Shown here piece after piece: positions 8,639-17,819 of a DNA stretch of 32,000 nucleotides; within the stretch, counting starts at the first letter, position 1, and every line of letters begins with the position of its first letter. The translations under genes and the position numbers were made by a program. Source of the DNA: Telmatocola sphagniphila (GTDB taxonomy: Bacteria > Planctomycetota > Planctomycetia > Gemmatales > Gemmataceae); contig NZ_CP074694.1 of assembly GCF_018398935.1 (NCBI RefSeq), positions 720,001-752,000 on the forward strand, written 5' to 3'. The notes beneath the pieces are model-generated. The model made no database searches. It saw only the letters and a list, made by a program, of their open reading frames with translations, and was not told the DNA's origin.

Positions 8639-8667
8639 AATATGCTCACGACTGGAAATTCTGTCAA
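8639..8667 (-). promoter_or_regulatory. Sigma70-like promoter candidate for the blaI/blaR1-like pair
   Basis: On the minus strand: TTGACA (8667..8662), a 17-nt spacer, then CATATT (8644..8639). The -35 is a perfect consensus and the -10 matches 4 of 6. Confidence 0.4.
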
Positions 8668-8742
8668 TAGAGGATTAAGTAAAAATTTTGATGGGAGATT
8701 AGCTCAGGCGGGAGCGCGTCCCGAGCAAGTGGAGTGACAGAA

Positions 8743-8762
8743 GGCGATTGGATTTAATCGCC
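8743..8762 (-). terminator. Weak hairpin downstream of the ABC permease gene
   Basis: On the minus-strand RNA: GGCGAUU-AAAUCC-AAUCGCC followed by UUCUGUC. The stem is 7 bp and the U-tract is poor. Confidence 0.3.
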
Positions 8763-8782
8763 AGGCAATCAAAAATTTGCAA

Positions 8783-11422
8783 TCACTCGTAAGCGATCGC
8801 ATCGGTAATGCGCATCCTCATCGCCTGGATCGCTGGCAATAATCCGGCCAAGGTAGCCACGCCTAGCGAAACCACAGTGATGAAGATCAGTTTGGCCCAG
8901 GGGATGAGCATCGGGAAATAGAAGCCCGATTCCTCGAATACAATCACGCGCAACAGGAACCACTCCATGGGAAAACCGAGGGCATAGCCAAAGAGTGCCC
9001 CGAGAACACCCATGAAGAAAGCTTCTGCGAGAACCGTTTTCAAAATTTGGAAGCGCGAGGCCCCGACTGCACGTAAAAGTCCCAGTTCCCGTCGTCGCTG
9101 CAGTACGGAGATTAAGAGTGCGGTGATCACTCCCAGGGCCGCGACAGTACCGATGATGATCTGCTGCACGTAAGCGATGGTGTAAAGTTTCTCGATCACT
9201 TCGTAGAGATATGAGCGCAGAAAGGCCCGATCCTTGGTCAAGAGATCGAGCTTGCCCGCTTCCTTTTCCAGCTTGGCGAAAGCGGCCGCTTTATCGACGT
9301 CTTTCTTGAAGAAAATGTGGTAAATATCGACGTAATCTTCATCGAAGAGCTCTTTGAATTTCTGCCGGTCGATAAATATCGTCCCTTTATTCCACGTGTA
9401 ATCCAGTCCGGTTCCCAGTACCTTCAGCGAAACCGGTCCGCGCGGCCCGGGTAGTTGGATTGTGTCGCCGGGATTGACGCCATGCTTCACGGAGAAATTC
9501 TCCGAGATGATGCAGTAGTTGCCATCGGCGAGTTTCTTGAACAATTCCAGGCCTTGGGGGCCGGGAATACGCGCTTGTATCCCGACCTGATAATGCGATG
9601 CATCAATAGCCAGACAGTAAACGATCGTGTTGTTGAATTCGGGACGATAGAAGTGAATGCCGACGACATAATCGATTTCCGGAACGGCCTCTTTCAACTG
9701 CGTGCCGATGGTCGATTCCATCGGCGTGGCGGAACTATTACTCGATGCCAGGTTGCCCCAGAAAATATACGCATCGGCCTGAATAACCTGGTTAATCCAC
9801 TTCTTGACTGGTTCCTCGTTACTGCGGCCCACACCAGCGGTCTGAAACATCAGGCTCACTCCGGCGGCCAAAGCACCGACCACTATACCCGTTCGGCCCG
9901 GGCTCAGAGTCAGATTGTCGAGGGCCAGCCGTGCTTCGATACCCAGAACCAGTCGCAGGAAGGGCTGAATAATTTGAGCGAGTATTCGAACCAGCAGCGG
10001 TAAGGCTAGGAATAGCCCGACGAGAACCACCATCATACCGGCGAAGTTGCCCCAGCGGGAGGGCAGCGAGTGCCGGAAGAGGACCATGGCCACCCCCACT
10101 GTGACCAGGAAGATCACCATGCCCCAATGCAACGTTCGCCAGATGGGTGAAATGTGATTGGGTGATCGGCGAACGACCTCCGCCGGTTGATCGGATGCGG
10201 CCTGCCAGGTGGGAATCAATGCCGCAAGCAGCGAGGTCAGCATGCCGGCGACCAGAGCCAGAATCCAGATGGAGGCATCGATCCAGGCCACTTGAATTGT
10301 ACCCGACAGAAAGAGAGAACTCAGTTCTTCGTGGAATAGATTTAACGCCGTTTCCGCAATGAAAATTCCTAGTGGAATCCCCAGCACGGCCCCCACGAAT
10401 CCCAGGAGAGCGGCCTCCCGGGCGAACAGGCCCGCCAGTTGCATCCGGCTCGAACCGAGGGATCTCAAGATCCCGATATCGTGCCGCCGTTCCGCCACCG
10501 ATACCGACAGGGCGTTGTAAACCAAAAAGAGCCCGACGATTAGGGCCCCGAGAGAGCAGACCGTGAAACTAGTTTGAATGCCGCCGACTACTTCTTCGGT
10601 CGATCTCTTCTGGACTTCCGGTGTTCGGACCTGAGCGCGATCGCCCAGGACTTTTTGAATTTCTTCCTGGACCTTCTGAAGTTCAGATTTCGACTTCAGG
10701 AAAATGTCAATTCGAGTCAGTCGATCTCCCTGGGGACTTAATATGCTCGCGGTACCCCCCATCAAAGCGATTACGGATAGCGGCGCGGAGCCTCGAAGTG
10801 TGGCCATCGCCTGATTGAGTTCCATCGCGATCAGATTGCGGGCAAAAGGAGCGGCGGGACTATCCGGATCGACATCCAGAATCGCGACGGGCATCAATTC
10901 GATCTTGCTGCTGGCGATGCGAATGACAAAAGGATCGCTCGGGGCAATGCCCATTTTTTGTCGTTCTTCATAAAGCCCACGACTGATCACAGCCGGGGTT
11001 CTTATTTTGAACAGCGACGGTGGTATCGGCGTCAGCTTGAATTTGAGTTGTTCGTTCCCTTGCCCGCTCTCGATTCCCTTGAGATCGATACCGATTAGGA
11101 TGCCCGTGCGATCATTCATGCCGGGAAGATCCACCCGGTCGATGACGAACGGGACAATGCGTTCGATACCAGCAATATCGGCTTTTTTTAGTTCCTCCGC
11201 CAGTTCGGGAACCACGCCAATTTCCCCGTTGGTGATGTAGAGATCCGCTCCCGCGAGGGGCGTAGTCGTCTCGTAGATCACCGAAGCGAGGCAGTTGCTC
11301 AGCATCCGGGTGGAGACCAGTGTGGCCACTCCCAGAGCGATACTGGCAATTATTAATAACGTGCGTTCCCACCGCCGAGCCAGGTACGGAAGGGTCAGGG
11401 TGCGAAAAAGTTGCAGCATCAT
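8783..11422 (-). CDS. ABC transporter permease with two FtsX domains (MacB/YbbP-type)
   Basis: 879 aa. It starts with an N-terminal TM (LLIIASIALGVATLV), followed by a large extracytoplasmic domain. The first FtsX block includes ERRHDIGILRSLGSSRMQLAGLF. After a second extracytoplasmic domain, the second FtsX block includes QRRRELGLLRAVGASRFQILKTVLAEA. This is the duplicated architecture of YbbP-like permeases. Confidence 0.85.
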   Translation of the reverse strand: MMLQLFRTLTLPYLARRWERTLLIIASIALGVATLVSTRMLSNCLASVIYETTTPLAGADLYITNGEIGVVPELAEELKKADIAGIERIVPFVIDRVDLPGMNDRTGILIGIDLKGIESGQGNEQLKFKLTPIPPSLFKIRTPAVISRGLYEERQKMGIAPSDPFVIRIASSKIELMPVAILDVDPDSPAAPFARNLIAMELNQAMATLRGSAPLSVIALMGGTASILSPQGDRLTRIDIFLKSKSELQKVQEEIQKVLGDRAQVRTPEVQKRSTEEVVGGIQTSFTVCSLGALIVGLFLVYNALSVSVAERRHDIGILRSLGSSRMQLAGLFAREAALLGFVGAVLGIPLGIFIAETALNLFHEELSSLFLSGTIQVAWIDASIWILALVAGMLTSLLAALIPTWQAASDQPAEVVRRSPNHISPIWRTLHWGMVIFLVTVGVAMVLFRHSLPSRWGNFAGMMVVLVGLFLALPLLVRILAQIIQPFLRLVLGIEARLALDNLTLSPGRTGIVVGALAAGVSLMFQTAGVGRSNEEPVKKWINQVIQADAYIFWGNLASSNSSATPMESTIGTQLKEAVPEIDYVVGIHFYRPEFNNTIVYCLAIDASHYQVGIQARIPGPQGLELFKKLADGNYCIISENFSVKHGVNPGDTIQLPGPRGPVSLKVLGTGLDYTWNKGTIFIDRQKFKELFDEDYVDIYHIFFKKDVDKAAAFAKLEKEAGKLDLLTKDRAFLRSYLYEVIEKLYTIAYVQQIIIGTVAALGVITALLISVLQRRRELGLLRAVGASRFQILKTVLAEAFFMGVLGALFGYALGFPMEWFLLRVIVFEESGFYFPMLIPWAKLIFITVVSLGVATLAGLLPAIQAMRMRITDAIAYE

Positions 11423-11445
11423 GCGCGAAAGGTGTCCTGTCGAAT

Positions 11446-12141
11446 CTATGCTGGAACTCGAAACCGTTCTTCGTTGGCGACAGTTCCGTCCTGAATGTAA
11501 ATCAAGCGATCGCCGTACTCAGCGGCCTTGCGCTCGTGCGTTACCATCACCACGGATCTTTTACCGGGCTCGGGCAGACTTCGTAAAAGTGTCATGATCT
11601 CTTTGCTGCTGGCGGAATCGAGATTTCCGGTTGGCTCATCGCAAAGAATCGCCGAGGGGTTGGTAACCAGCGCCCGGGCAATCGCCACGCGCTGCATTTC
11701 CCCACCGGACATTTCCTCGGGATAATGCGTCGCTCGATGGCTCATCCCGACCCGCTCCAATGACTTCTGCGCGAGATCGAGTGCGACTTTGCGATTGGTT
11801 CGACCGAGCAGGAGCGGCAGACTCACGTTGTCGATGCCTTTGAGCGTGGGCAAAAGATTAAAGAACTGAAACACGAAGCCGACCTTCGTCCGGCGGAGGA
11901 CGGAGCGTTCTTTATCCGACATCGACCGCAGATCGCGATTCTCGAAAAAGGCCTGCCCCGTGGAAGGGGTGTCCAAAGTTCCCAGCAGGTGAAGCAACGT
12001 CGATTTGCCGGAACCGCTCGGGCCCATGATCGAAACGAATTCCCCGGCATCGACTGAGAGTGTAACTCCCCGAACGGCATTGACAGTCCGGCTGCCCTGC
12101 TGATAGGTCTTGGTGACATCCCGTAATTCCATGAAGGCCAT
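11446..12141 (-). CDS. ABC transporter ATP-binding protein (LolD/MacB/YbbA-type)
   Basis: Walker A GPSGSGKSTLL, Q-loop FVFQFFNLLP, signature MSGGEMQRVAIARAL, Walker B ILCDEPTGNLD, H-loop VMVTHE. A 23-nt gap separates it from the permease gene. Confidence 0.9.
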   Translation of the reverse strand: MAFMELRDVTKTYQQGSRTVNAVRGVTLSVDAGEFVSIMGPSGSGKSTLLHLLGTLDTPSTGQAFFENRDLRSMSDKERSVLRRTKVGFVFQFFNLLPTLKGIDNVSLPLLLGRTNRKVALDLAQKSLERVGMSHRATHYPEEMSGGEMQRVAIARALVTNPSAILCDEPTGNLDSASSKEIMTLLRSLPEPGKRSVVMVTHERKAAEYGDRLIYIQDGTVANEERFRVPA

Positions 12142-12170
12142 AACGATCCTGTACGAGTGAATAAATTCGT

Positions 12171-13835
12171 TTAAGCCATCAGTTTCTTGTGGATCACCTT
12201 GGTGGGACGGTCGGCGGCCTCACCCAACCGAACGCGTCGCATTTCTTCGTAAGTCTTATAGTTCCCTTCACACCAATAGACACCGTCGCTCTCGAAGGCC
12301 AGTATGTGGGTGGAGATACGATCCAGGAACCAGCGATCGTGGCTGATAACCACCGCGCAGCCCCCGAAGTTTATCAAAGCCTCTTCCAGTGCTCGAAGCG
12401 TATCGACATCGAGGTCATTCGTCGGTTCGTCCAGTAGAAGTAGGTTGCCCCCGGAGCGCAATAGCTTTGCCAGGTGAACGCGGTTTCGTTCTCCCCCGGA
12501 GAGTTCGCCCACTTTCCGCTGCTGATCGGGTCCCTTGAAGTTAAATCGGGATAGATAGCCGCGGGAAGGAACTTTCTGTTTGCCGAGCATCATGAAATCG
12601 AGTCCGTTGGCCACTTCCTCGAAAACGGTTTTCTGGTCCGCCAGGTGATCGCGATGCTGATCGACGTAGGCCACTTCGACTTTATCGCCGATTCTCAGAG
12701 TGCCTTTATCGGGTTTTTCCTGTCCGACAATCATCCGGAACAGCGTGGTTTTCCCCGCGCCGTTGGGGCCGATCACTCCGACAATGCCCCCTTTAGGCAG
12801 GTCGAAACTCAGATTATCGAACAATACCCGATCGCCGAAGCCTTTGGTCAAGCCTTCGGCACGCACCACCAGATCGCCGAGCGGATTGCCCGGGGGAATC
12901 TGGATTTGCAGATCGTCTTCTCGTTCTTCGTACGCTTGGCTCGCTAATTTTTCATAAGAGGTCAATCGGGCCTTATTTTTTGCCAATCGGCCCTTGGGAC
13001 TGGTCCGAACCCATTCCAATTCCCGGGCCAGAGCCTTCTGCCGGGCCGATTCGGTTTTCTCTTCCTTCTCCAGCCGGGCTTTTTTCTGCTCCATCCAGGA
13101 AGTGTAATTCCCTTTGAATGGATAGCCGGAGCCGCGATCCAGTTCGAGGATCCACTCGGCGACATTATCCAGAAAGTAGCGATCGTGCGTAACGCTGACG
13201 ACCGTGCCGGGATATTCCTTCAGGTGTTTCTCGAGCCAGAATACCGATTCCGCATCCAAGTGGTTCGTGGGCTCGTCTAATAGTAACAGGTCCGGCTTTT
13301 GAAGCAGCATTTTACAAAGGGCAACCCGACGGCGTTCCCCACCGGAGAGTTTGTCGACGAGGGCATCCGAAGGAGGCAGACGCATGGCATCCATGGCGAT
13401 TTCCAGCTGGCGGTCCAGTTCCCAGGCATTACAGGCATCGATTTTGTCCTGGAGCCGGCTCATTTCCTCCATCAGCTTGTCGAAATCGGCATTGGGATCA
13501 CCCATCAGTTCGCCGATTTCTTCATGCCGCTTCAGCATTTTTCGCGTGGGAGCAACTGCTTCCTCAATATTTTCCAGGACAGTTTTGCCGTTGGTGAGTT
13601 TGGGTTCCTGGGGTACGTAACCGATGCTGATGCCTTCGTGGGCCCGGGCGGTTCCCATGAAGTCGGTGTCCTGCAAAGCCATGATTCGGAGCAGGGTGGA
13701 TTTTCCGGCCCCGTTACTGCCAATGACGCCGATTTTGGCCCCGGGATAGAACGCCAGCCAGATATTTTTGAGGACTTCCTTGCGGTTATAAAGTTTGCTC
13801 AGGTTCTCGATCTGAAAAATATAATGCTCGGCCAT
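12171..13835 (-). CDS. ettA: ABC-F protein EttA (energy-dependent translational throttle)
   Basis: 554 aa with two ABC cassettes and no TM. It looks collinear, from memory, with E. coli EttA/YjjK throughout. Examples: [102 protein letters not shown]. Confidence 0.9.
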   Translation of the reverse strand: MAEHYIFQIENLSKLYNRKEVLKNIWLAFYPGAKIGVIGSNGAGKSTLLRIMALQDTDFMGTARAHEGISIGYVPQEPKLTNGKTVLENIEEAVAPTRKMLKRHEEIGELMGDPNADFDKLMEEMSRLQDKIDACNAWELDRQLEIAMDAMRLPPSDALVDKLSGGERRRVALCKMLLQKPDLLLLDEPTNHLDAESVFWLEKHLKEYPGTVVSVTHDRYFLDNVAEWILELDRGSGYPFKGNYTSWMEQKKARLEKEEKTESARQKALARELEWVRTSPKGRLAKNKARLTSYEKLASQAYEEREDDLQIQIPPGNPLGDLVVRAEGLTKGFGDRVLFDNLSFDLPKGGIVGVIGPNGAGKTTLFRMIVGQEKPDKGTLRIGDKVEVAYVDQHRDHLADQKTVFEEVANGLDFMMLGKQKVPSRGYLSRFNFKGPDQQRKVGELSGGERNRVHLAKLLRSGGNLLLLDEPTNDLDVDTLRALEEALINFGGCAVVISHDRWFLDRISTHILAFESDGVYWCEGNYKTYEEMRRVRLGEAADRPTKVIHKKLMA

Positions 13836-13990
13836 GCCGTACTCTTTGTGTTGCGAATCGTGTTGAAGAGTAGCATTTTAGGGTTTAGCCGAAATTAGGG
13901 TAGCACTCTTTGTGCGGGTTTTATTGCTTGCTAGATTGTCCGGGTTAGGGGTAGTATGATCCTGACCGGAATAGTAAACGAGTCGCAAAA

Positions 13991-15259
13991 ATGACAATCC
14001 GATCCTTGTGCCTATTGCTCGCGTTTTTGGCCATGGCCAATCCCGGTTTGGCACAAAAATACCGCCTGGAACCCATACTGGCAATTGATGATATGCCCGC
14101 GGTGCCCTCGCATGCACTACTCAATCGCGAATCGACAGTCACATTTGATGCGATTTCCTCCTTAAAAGATCGCGATATCTTCCAACGGCTACTCTCCGAC
14201 CCGGATCTCCAGAAGAAGATACTCGATCTGCAAAAAGATCCTTCCAAGCTGGATGAAGTGCTCAATTCTCTTCCCCCCGAATTTCGCGATGTCAAAAAAC
14301 TGACGGAAATGAAGGAAAAACTCGAGGGCAGATCGAATAGCCTGGGCGGAAAATCCACCGAGACGACTAGCTCTTCGCCGCTCAATAAACTTCTGGGCGG
14401 TTTCAACGGCCTTCTGAATAAATCTTCACGCAAATCGACCGAGGAACCCAAAATCGATGTCCCTCGCAAAAAGCCGGGCCTAACCAGCATCGATGATGCG
14501 ATGATGCAACTTGACTTCAATCGACCAAATCCAAAGAAGGAATTTCTGGCATCGCTTCCGAGAAGGTCAGATTTCAAACCGAGCCCGAACCTCATGCGAT
14601 GGTTTCAGGAGAATCTGGCCGGTCGACCGGAATGGAACGATTTCCTCAAGGATCTCAATCTGAAAATTTCGAAGAATGAATGGCAGCAGAGCGATTGGTA
14701 CAAGAATTTTGAAGGAGAAGCAAAGGATCTGGCGGAATGGGCGGCCCGACAAAATTTTCGAGTGCCGCGAACGAACTTTCGTTCGGCCGGTCGTCTCAGC
14801 GGGAATTTCGAACTGCCGGGCTTTGTGGGAGGCATCGCGGGACAGGCTTCCACAGGTTCCAGTTGGATCATGCCGATCATTGTGATTGGCGGAGCAGGCT
14901 TAGCGATCTGGTTCCTGAAATCCGCAGTGAAAAAACCACCGGAAATTCCTGTCGAGAATAAGTTCAGCCGCTGGGATTTGAGCATTCAGGTCGATGAAGT
15001 CACCGATGCTGGAAAATTCGTAGCGGCTTACGACCGGTTGAGCCTTCGCTATTTGGGGGAAAAAGCTATCCACTGGAATCACCAGAAGGTCGAAAATGAA
15101 ATCCGAGAGAGGGAACCCCAGCTGGCCGAGAATATCAACATGCTCACCGAACTCTATGAACGAGCTCGATACAGTAAGCTGGACGCTCCACTTTCAGAAA
15201 CCGATTTAACCTCCGCCCGGCGTGCGATTCGCACGCTTTTGGAGGTTTCTGTCAAATGA
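13991..15259 (+). CDS. Signal-peptide/TM-anchored protein with DUF4129-like C-terminal domain
   Basis: Signal peptide MTIRSLCLLLAFLAMANPGLAQ, then a long low-complexity charged region, then a TM (WIMPIIVIGGAGLAIWFL). The C-terminal helical region ends in LTELYERARYS, the Y-x-x-A-R-Y signature I associate with DUF4129. It is the first gene of the MoxR operon. Confidence 0.6.
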   Translation: MTIRSLCLLLAFLAMANPGLAQKYRLEPILAIDDMPAVPSHALLNRESTVTFDAISSLKDRDIFQRLLSDPDLQKKILDLQKDPSKLDEVLNSLPPEFRDVKKLTEMKEKLEGRSNSLGGKSTETTSSSPLNKLLGGFNGLLNKSSRKSTEEPKIDVPRKKPGLTSIDDAMMQLDFNRPNPKKEFLASLPRRSDFKPSPNLMRWFQENLAGRPEWNDFLKDLNLKISKNEWQQSDWYKNFEGEAKDLAEWAARQNFRVPRTNFRSAGRLSGNFELPGFVGGIAGQASTGSSWIMPIIVIGGAGLAIWFLKSAVKKPPEIPVENKFSRWDLSIQVDEVTDAGKFVAAYDRLSLRYLGEKAIHWNHQKVENEIREREPQLAENINMLTELYERARYSKLDAPLSETDLTSARRAIRTLLEVSVK

Positions 15260-16830
15260 TATCGCGTCGATGGATGGGCTGGACAGTCAGTCTGTTGCTG
15301 TGGGCGAGTTCGACCTGTCTTTCTCAGAGCCCCACGCCAGCCGCGGAAAATAAACCGCTGGTTCTGGAAGCTCAGGGAACCGATTTGTTCAAATGGGTTC
15401 TGCATCAGAAGGGGCTTCGGCCCATACCCAATCGATTGACAATTCTCACTTCGGCTCCCAAGTCTGTCATAATCATGATGGGCGATGTGATGAACACTGG
15501 GGACATTCAGGAGATGCAGAAATTTGTCGCCCTGGGGGGATCGTTACTTTTTGTCAGCGATCACAACTGTGAAGAATTAGTACGGACCTTCGGACTGTTT
15601 ATTACCGGTCGCGCGGTGCTTCCCGGACCGCAGGGATCATTTCCCGGACGCAACGTCCTCAACCCCGAAAATTTTCCGTTGGTGTCCCCGGTCGATCAAA
15701 GGCATTTAACTGCTGCCAGTGAATGTTTTTACGATCGGAATGGTGCCCCGCTTCGAAAAATAGTAACCACTATCCCCAGTTCCATTCGACGAGAATCCCG
15801 ATCCGCTCCCGTTATGAACCAATTCACTGCTTCCGCCGATTTACTTAAGCAATTCGATGGTAAGCTTTACCCCCTGGCGGGATTTTATTCGGGGGCCAAA
15901 TTTGGTGAAAAGCTGCTGCTGCCGGAGCAGAGAATCAGGTTGCTTTCGGACCCGAATTATTATCTCGAAGTCGATAAATTCCTTCCCAAAGAGGATTTTT
16001 TCGCATTCGGAGGCGAACTGGGATCCCGAGGCGGAAAAGCGATTTTTCTCTCCGATCAGGATGTTTTTTTCAATCAACTAATGGTTCGAAAAGACACGGA
16101 TAATTATCAATTTGCCGAGCAACTCGTCGACTATTTGATCAACCTGGGCAGGTTCAAAAGAGAATATTGCTACTTCAGCGATAATACTTTCCCCGAGGAT
16201 AACTTTGATTTACCTCTTCCGGAAATGCCTTTGCCGCCGTTGAACCAACTCGGCAACATGTTTTTGCAGGCGTCCGATCAGGTTGTCAGCTCCATGGAGG
16301 AAAAGGATTTCTTTAATACCTGGTTGAAGGAAAATATCGGTTTACCCAAAATCTACCGCGGCTGGTGGCTCTTCGCGATATTCGGGCTGTTCAGCTGGAT
16401 TCTCTGGCGATTCTTCAGTGCCCGTTCTGCATCGGCTCGAGGCCGTCGTCAGGCCACTCGACTAATACCCTACAATTTGGATCATCCGGGTGAACAGCTT
16501 GAGATTCAGGAATATCGAGATAATTACTATTCTTCGGCCCGCAACGTAATTCGATCGTCTTTCGCCCGCATCGCGGAAACTCCGGATAGCACCGGCAGCC
16601 CCAGTCTGAGGCAACTCCGGAAGCATTTTGCCTGGTATCAGTTCGGTTCGAAGTTCACATTACGGCGTTTATGGCTTTTGGCTTATGAAGGACCTCAAAA
16701 AATCACCGCCCGGAAATTTCAGAAGGTCCTCGCGGATCTGAACCAACTGGAACGCCGTGCGATTTCCCGATCGATTGCGTCTTCCTCTGTCTTGCCTTCC
16801 CCTCGGACCCACGTACCACAAAAAGCATGA
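15256..16830 (+). CDS. Membrane-anchored protein with DUF4350-like (GATase1-like) ectodomain
   Basis: Signal peptide WTVSLLLWASSTCLSQS. SVIIMMGDVMNTGDIQEMQKFVALGGSLLFVSDH resembles the DUF4350 core. A late TM (WWLFAIFGLFSWILWRFF) is followed by a basic cytoplasmic tail. ATGA overlaps occur at both ends of the gene. Confidence 0.5.
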   Translation: MISRRWMGWTVSLLLWASSTCLSQSPTPAAENKPLVLEAQGTDLFKWVLHQKGLRPIPNRLTILTSAPKSVIIMMGDVMNTGDIQEMQKFVALGGSLLFVSDHNCEELVRTFGLFITGRAVLPGPQGSFPGRNVLNPENFPLVSPVDQRHLTAASECFYDRNGAPLRKIVTTIPSSIRRESRSAPVMNQFTASADLLKQFDGKLYPLAGFYSGAKFGEKLLLPEQRIRLLSDPNYYLEVDKFLPKEDFFAFGGELGSRGGKAIFLSDQDVFFNQLMVRKDTDNYQFAEQLVDYLINLGRFKREYCYFSDNTFPEDNFDLPLPEMPLPPLNQLGNMFLQASDQVVSSMEEKDFFNTWLKENIGLPKIYRGWWLFAIFGLFSWILWRFFSARSASARGRRQATRLIPYNLDHPGEQLEIQEYRDNYYSSARNVIRSSFARIAETPDSTGSPSLRQLRKHFAWYQFGSKFTLRRLWLLAYEGPQKITARKFQKVLADLNQLERRAISRSIASSSVLPSPRTHVPQKA

Positions 16831-17798
16831 GTCTACCGGTAACAGAAACTTCCTTCGACCCCGTTCGATCCACTCAACAACTCTGCCTCCGTTCCATCGA
16901 GCAGATGAATAAGGTGGTCGTCGGCATGGACGATGTCATTCAGCAGATGCTGATCGCCATTCTCGCCGGCGGGCATGTTTTGCTCGAAGGAGTGCCGGGG
17001 GTGGCAAAAACCACTCTCTCCAAGTTGTTCGCCCGAATTCTTGGCTGCGAATACCAGCGAATTCAATTCACGCCGGACTTGCTGCCTTCCGACGTAACGG
17101 GCACTTCGATTTTCGACCGCCGGACGAATGACTTCGTTCTGCGGAAAGGTCCAATTTTCTGCCAGATCCTGCTGGCGGACGAAATCAACCGCGCTCCGGC
17201 GAAGACCCAGTCGGCATTGCTGGAGGCCATGCAGGAATATCAGGTGACGGTGGATGGCCAGACGCTGTCGCTGCCGCAACCCTTTTTTGTGCTCGCAACG
17301 CAAAACCCGGTGGAGCAGGAAGGGGTCTACCGGTTACCGGAAGCACAACTGGATCGCTTCCTGATAAAGATTCAGGTCGGCTATCCCGATCACCGTGCGG
17401 AAGTTCGCATGCTCCAGGTGCACAGCAAGGAGCTCGTCGAATTGCAGCAGCAAACCACTCCGGCGGAGTTGCTGCAAATCCGTTCGCGACTCGGGGAAGT
17501 GTTCGGCAAGCCGGAGTTGTTCGACTACATCGTTAAACTTTCTGAAGAGAGCCGAACGCATCCGGATCTGCTGCTGGGCGCGAGCCCTCGAGCTTCTCTG
17601 AATATACTGAAGTCCGCCCGCGCTCGAGCCTTGACCCAGGGGCGAAATTACTTCACGCACGAGGATGTTCAAGTCGTGACTCCTCTGGTGCTGGGCCACC
17701 GTCTCATTATCCGGCCGGAAGCAGAGTTGGAAGGTAAGCAGATTTCCGACATCGTGAAGGATTTGCTCGCTTCCGTTCCGGTGGTAACGAGCGTGTAG
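16827..17798 (+). CDS. moxR: MoxR-family AAA+ ATPase
   Basis: Walker A GVPGVAKT, Walker B LLADEINRAPAKTQSALLEAMQE, then VLATQNPVEQEGVYRLPEAQLDRF and the C-terminal lid GASPRASLNILKSARARA. These are the canonical MoxR (AAA_3) motifs in a 323-aa protein. Confidence 0.92.
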   Translation: MSLPVTETSFDPVRSTQQLCLRSIEQMNKVVVGMDDVIQQMLIAILAGGHVLLEGVPGVAKTTLSKLFARILGCEYQRIQFTPDLLPSDVTGTSIFDRRTNDFVLRKGPIFCQILLADEINRAPAKTQSALLEAMQEYQVTVDGQTLSLPQPFFVLATQNPVEQEGVYRLPEAQLDRFLIKIQVGYPDHRAEVRMLQVHSKELVELQQQTTPAELLQIRSRLGEVFGKPELFDYIVKLSEESRTHPDLLLGASPRASLNILKSARARALTQGRNYFTHEDVQVVTPLVLGHRLIIRPEAELEGKQISDIVKDLLASVPVVTSV

Positions 17799-17819
17799 TT
17801 ACTGTCTGCAGGGGTTTCC

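Noticed and set aside
13878-13950. TTAGGG repeats as telomere-like sequence.
   Set aside because: There are only three dispersed, non-tandem copies in a bacterial promoter region. I treat them as possible regulator sites rather than telomeric repeats.
13945-14595. Minus-strand 216-aa Ser-rich ORF.
   Set aside because: It is antisense to the first gene of the MoxR operon, which has a signal peptide, a TM and a DUF4129-like end. It is low-complexity with no start context.
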